IMG/VR virus record: IMGVR_UViG_3300016722_000003
Span: 1-55,269 of that record
Length of the DNA: 55,269 nt
Origin: a virus
Lineage: Duplodnaviria > Caudoviricetes
Reading direction: 5' to 3' (one strand)
Both the position numbers and the translations under genes were made by a program. The notes below the pieces were generated by a model that made no database searches, was not told where the DNA came from, and was given only the letters and a program-made list of their open reading frames with translations. Of the stretch, positions 53,693-55,269 are shown piece after piece. Every line of letters starts with the position of its first letter. The stretch's first letter is position 1.

Positions 53693-55219
53693 ATGAGAGC
53701 AGCCATATACGCAAGATATTCAAGCGATAAACAAAGAGAAGAAAGCATAGATGCACAATTTATGATAACTCGTAATTATTGTGCCAATAAGGGTTACACC
53801 GTTGTTAGGGAATACGCTGATGAAGCAATATCTGGCAAAAGCACTGTTAAAAGAGTGCAATACAAAGCCATGCTTGCTGATGCTAAAAAGGACATATTCG
53901 ACGTTATCGTCTTTCATAAAATTGACAGAAATTCAAGAAATGAACTTGATTATTACATTACCAAAGACCTTCTAAACCGTACCGGCATAAAATATGAATA
54001 CGCAGCACAAAACATAGATAGTTCCCCTTCAGGGCAACTTGTCGAAGGCGTATTGGTTGCCTGTGCCGCCAATTACTTACGTAACTTAGCTGAAGAAACA
54101 AAAAAGGGTTTAAACCTAAATGCCCATAAGGCTCAATTTAACGGTGGAACTCCCCCTCTCGGCTATAATGTTGATGAAGAAAAACATTATGTTATAAACG
54201 AACTTGAAGCTAATATCGTCAAAATCATTTTCGATAGATTTTACCGTGGCGTTGGCTACAACCAAATTATTGCAGAATTAAACGAACGTGGTTATAAAAC
54301 AAAAAGAGGAAGTACTTTCGGTAAAAACTCCCTATATGACCTTTTACGTAATGAGAAATATATTGGCACCTATTCTTACAATAAAACGCTCAAAAGCTAC
54401 GGTGGCAAGCGTAACACACATAAAAATACCCCTTCAGCTCAACTAATTGTTAAGGAAAATGCTATACCGGCTATAATAGACAAACACATTTTTGAGAAGG
54501 TGCAGGAAATTATGAATTTTAGATCTAGAACAAAGGCAAGTTCAAAAGCTATACACCCATATTTGTTATCAGGATTATTATCTTGTGGCGAATGTGGTAG
54601 CTCCATGACCGGCCATAGACACTCCGCACGTGGCAAATATTACTATTACTATGTATGCAGCAGTAAAGAACGCAAACTACAATGCACATCTAAACAAATT
54701 AGATGCGAAGTATTAGAGGGTATAGTTATAAATAAAATTATTGAATCTGTATTTGGTTCCTCTGATAAAAATAAAATTAAACAACTGTTAATAGAAGAAC
54801 AAAAAAAGGCTGATGCCGCAGACAAAAGCAACCTGAATGCTCTTATAAATAGGCGTAGAGGTGCCGAAGTTCGCCTGGATAATCTATACAACATTATAGA
54901 ACTAGGAAATGCTGACAACAGAGATTTAAAACGTTTTAACTCACTTAAAGAGGAATTGAATATACTGGACTCAGATATAGAAAAAGAGAGGGAAAGTGTC
55001 GAATTGACACCCCCCTCTTTTGAAGAAATCATGAAAAGTTTGGAAATATACAAAGATGTTCTTGCAAACAAAAAAGACACGCAAGAGCTGCGTGCCTTCT
55101 TAACAACATTCGTTCAATCAATAATTGTATCTGAAACTAAAGTAGAGATACACATGAATTTCAACAGTGTTGTCGGTTTTGTGGTGCCGAAGGCCGGACT
55201 CGAACCGGCACGCTTGTAG
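53693..55219 (+). CDS. Large serine recombinase (integrase)
   Basis: AAIYARYSS catalytic motif, Y.DEAISG, DR..R, GG.PPLGY recombinase domain, LLSGLL.CGECG zinc ribbon and coiled coil. Confidence 0.96.
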   Translation: MRAAIYARYSSDKQREESIDAQFMITRNYCANKGYTVVREYADEAISGKSTVKRVQYKAMLADAKKDIFDVIVFHKIDRNSRNELDYYITKDLLNRTGIKYEYAAQNIDSSPSGQLVEGVLVACAANYLRNLAEETKKGLNLNAHKAQFNGGTPPLGYNVDEEKHYVINELEANIVKIIFDRFYRGVGYNQIIAELNERGYKTKRGSTFGKNSLYDLLRNEKYIGTYSYNKTLKSYGGKRNTHKNTPSAQLIVKENAIPAIIDKHIFEKVQEIMNFRSRTKASSKAIHPYLLSGLLSCGECGSSMTGHRHSARGKYYYYYVCSSKERKLQCTSKQIRCEVLEGIVINKIIESVFGSSDKNKIKQLLIEEQKKADAADKSNLNALINRRRGAEVRLDNLYNIIELGNADNRDLKRFNSLKEELNILDSDIEKERESVELTPPSFEEIMKSLEIYKDVLANKKDTQELRAFLTTFVQSIIVSETKVEIHMNFNSVVGFVVPKAGLEPARL

Positions 55220-55266
55220 GCGCTTGATTTTGAGTCAAGTGCGTCTGCCAATTCCGCCACTTCGGC
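55182..55266 (-). tRNA. tRNA-Leu (CAA)
   Basis: Reverse complement GCCGAAGTGGCGGAATTGGCAGACGCACTTGACTCAAAATCAAGCGCCTACAAGCGTGCCGGTTCGAGTCCGGCCTTCGGCACCA: cloverleaf with long variable arm, GTTCGA T-loop and encoded CCA. Confidence 0.97.
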
Positions 55267-55269
55267 ATG

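Larger units (their letters stand above)
11..55185. mobile_element. Temperate prophage (podovirus-like), integrated at the 3' end of tRNA-Leu
   Basis: Ordered lysis, virion, packaging, replication, CI/Cro and integrase modules ending at a tRNA. The left boundary is tentative (TGGT at 11-14 matches TGGT at 55182-55185). Confidence 0.9.

Overview
The window is almost entirely one apparently near-complete temperate prophage with a short-tailed (podovirus-like) gene set and no tape-measure or tail-tube gene. The host is most likely a diderm Firmicute (Negativicutes); this is inferred from the gene families. From right to left it contains: an intact tRNA-Leu(CAA) on the minus strand, overlapped by the 3' end of a large serine integrase; a lysogeny cargo block with an Abi_2/AbiF-like HEPN RNase behind a structured leader RNA and a 10-bp tandem repeat, plus two small secreted proteins; a CI/Cro switch with TATCAA-N5-TTGATA operators; an early operon (LysM protein, SMC-like ATPase, RecT, MBL hydrolase, replisome organiser, DnaC-like loader, AAA ATPase, decayed Dam methylase, MazG-like protein, SSB, DUF1064, late regulator); a late-control region with a RepL-like gene bracketed by two covarying copies of a ~66-nt structured element; packaging and head genes (TerS, TerL, portal, Tad2/DUF2829-like protein, scaffold, capsid); tail genes; three internal-virion proteins (one with a C-terminal Hint domain, one a ~3600-aa polyvalent protein); and a lysis cassette ending in two almost fully overlapping coiled-coil membrane genes. 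The best leads are the Abi RNA-toxin cassette with iteron-like repeats, the duplicated structured element around the RepL-like gene, the Hint-bearing ejection protein, the overlapping spanin-like pair and a possible integration-dependent integrase C-terminus. All family assignments come from motif recognition by eye; no searches were run.
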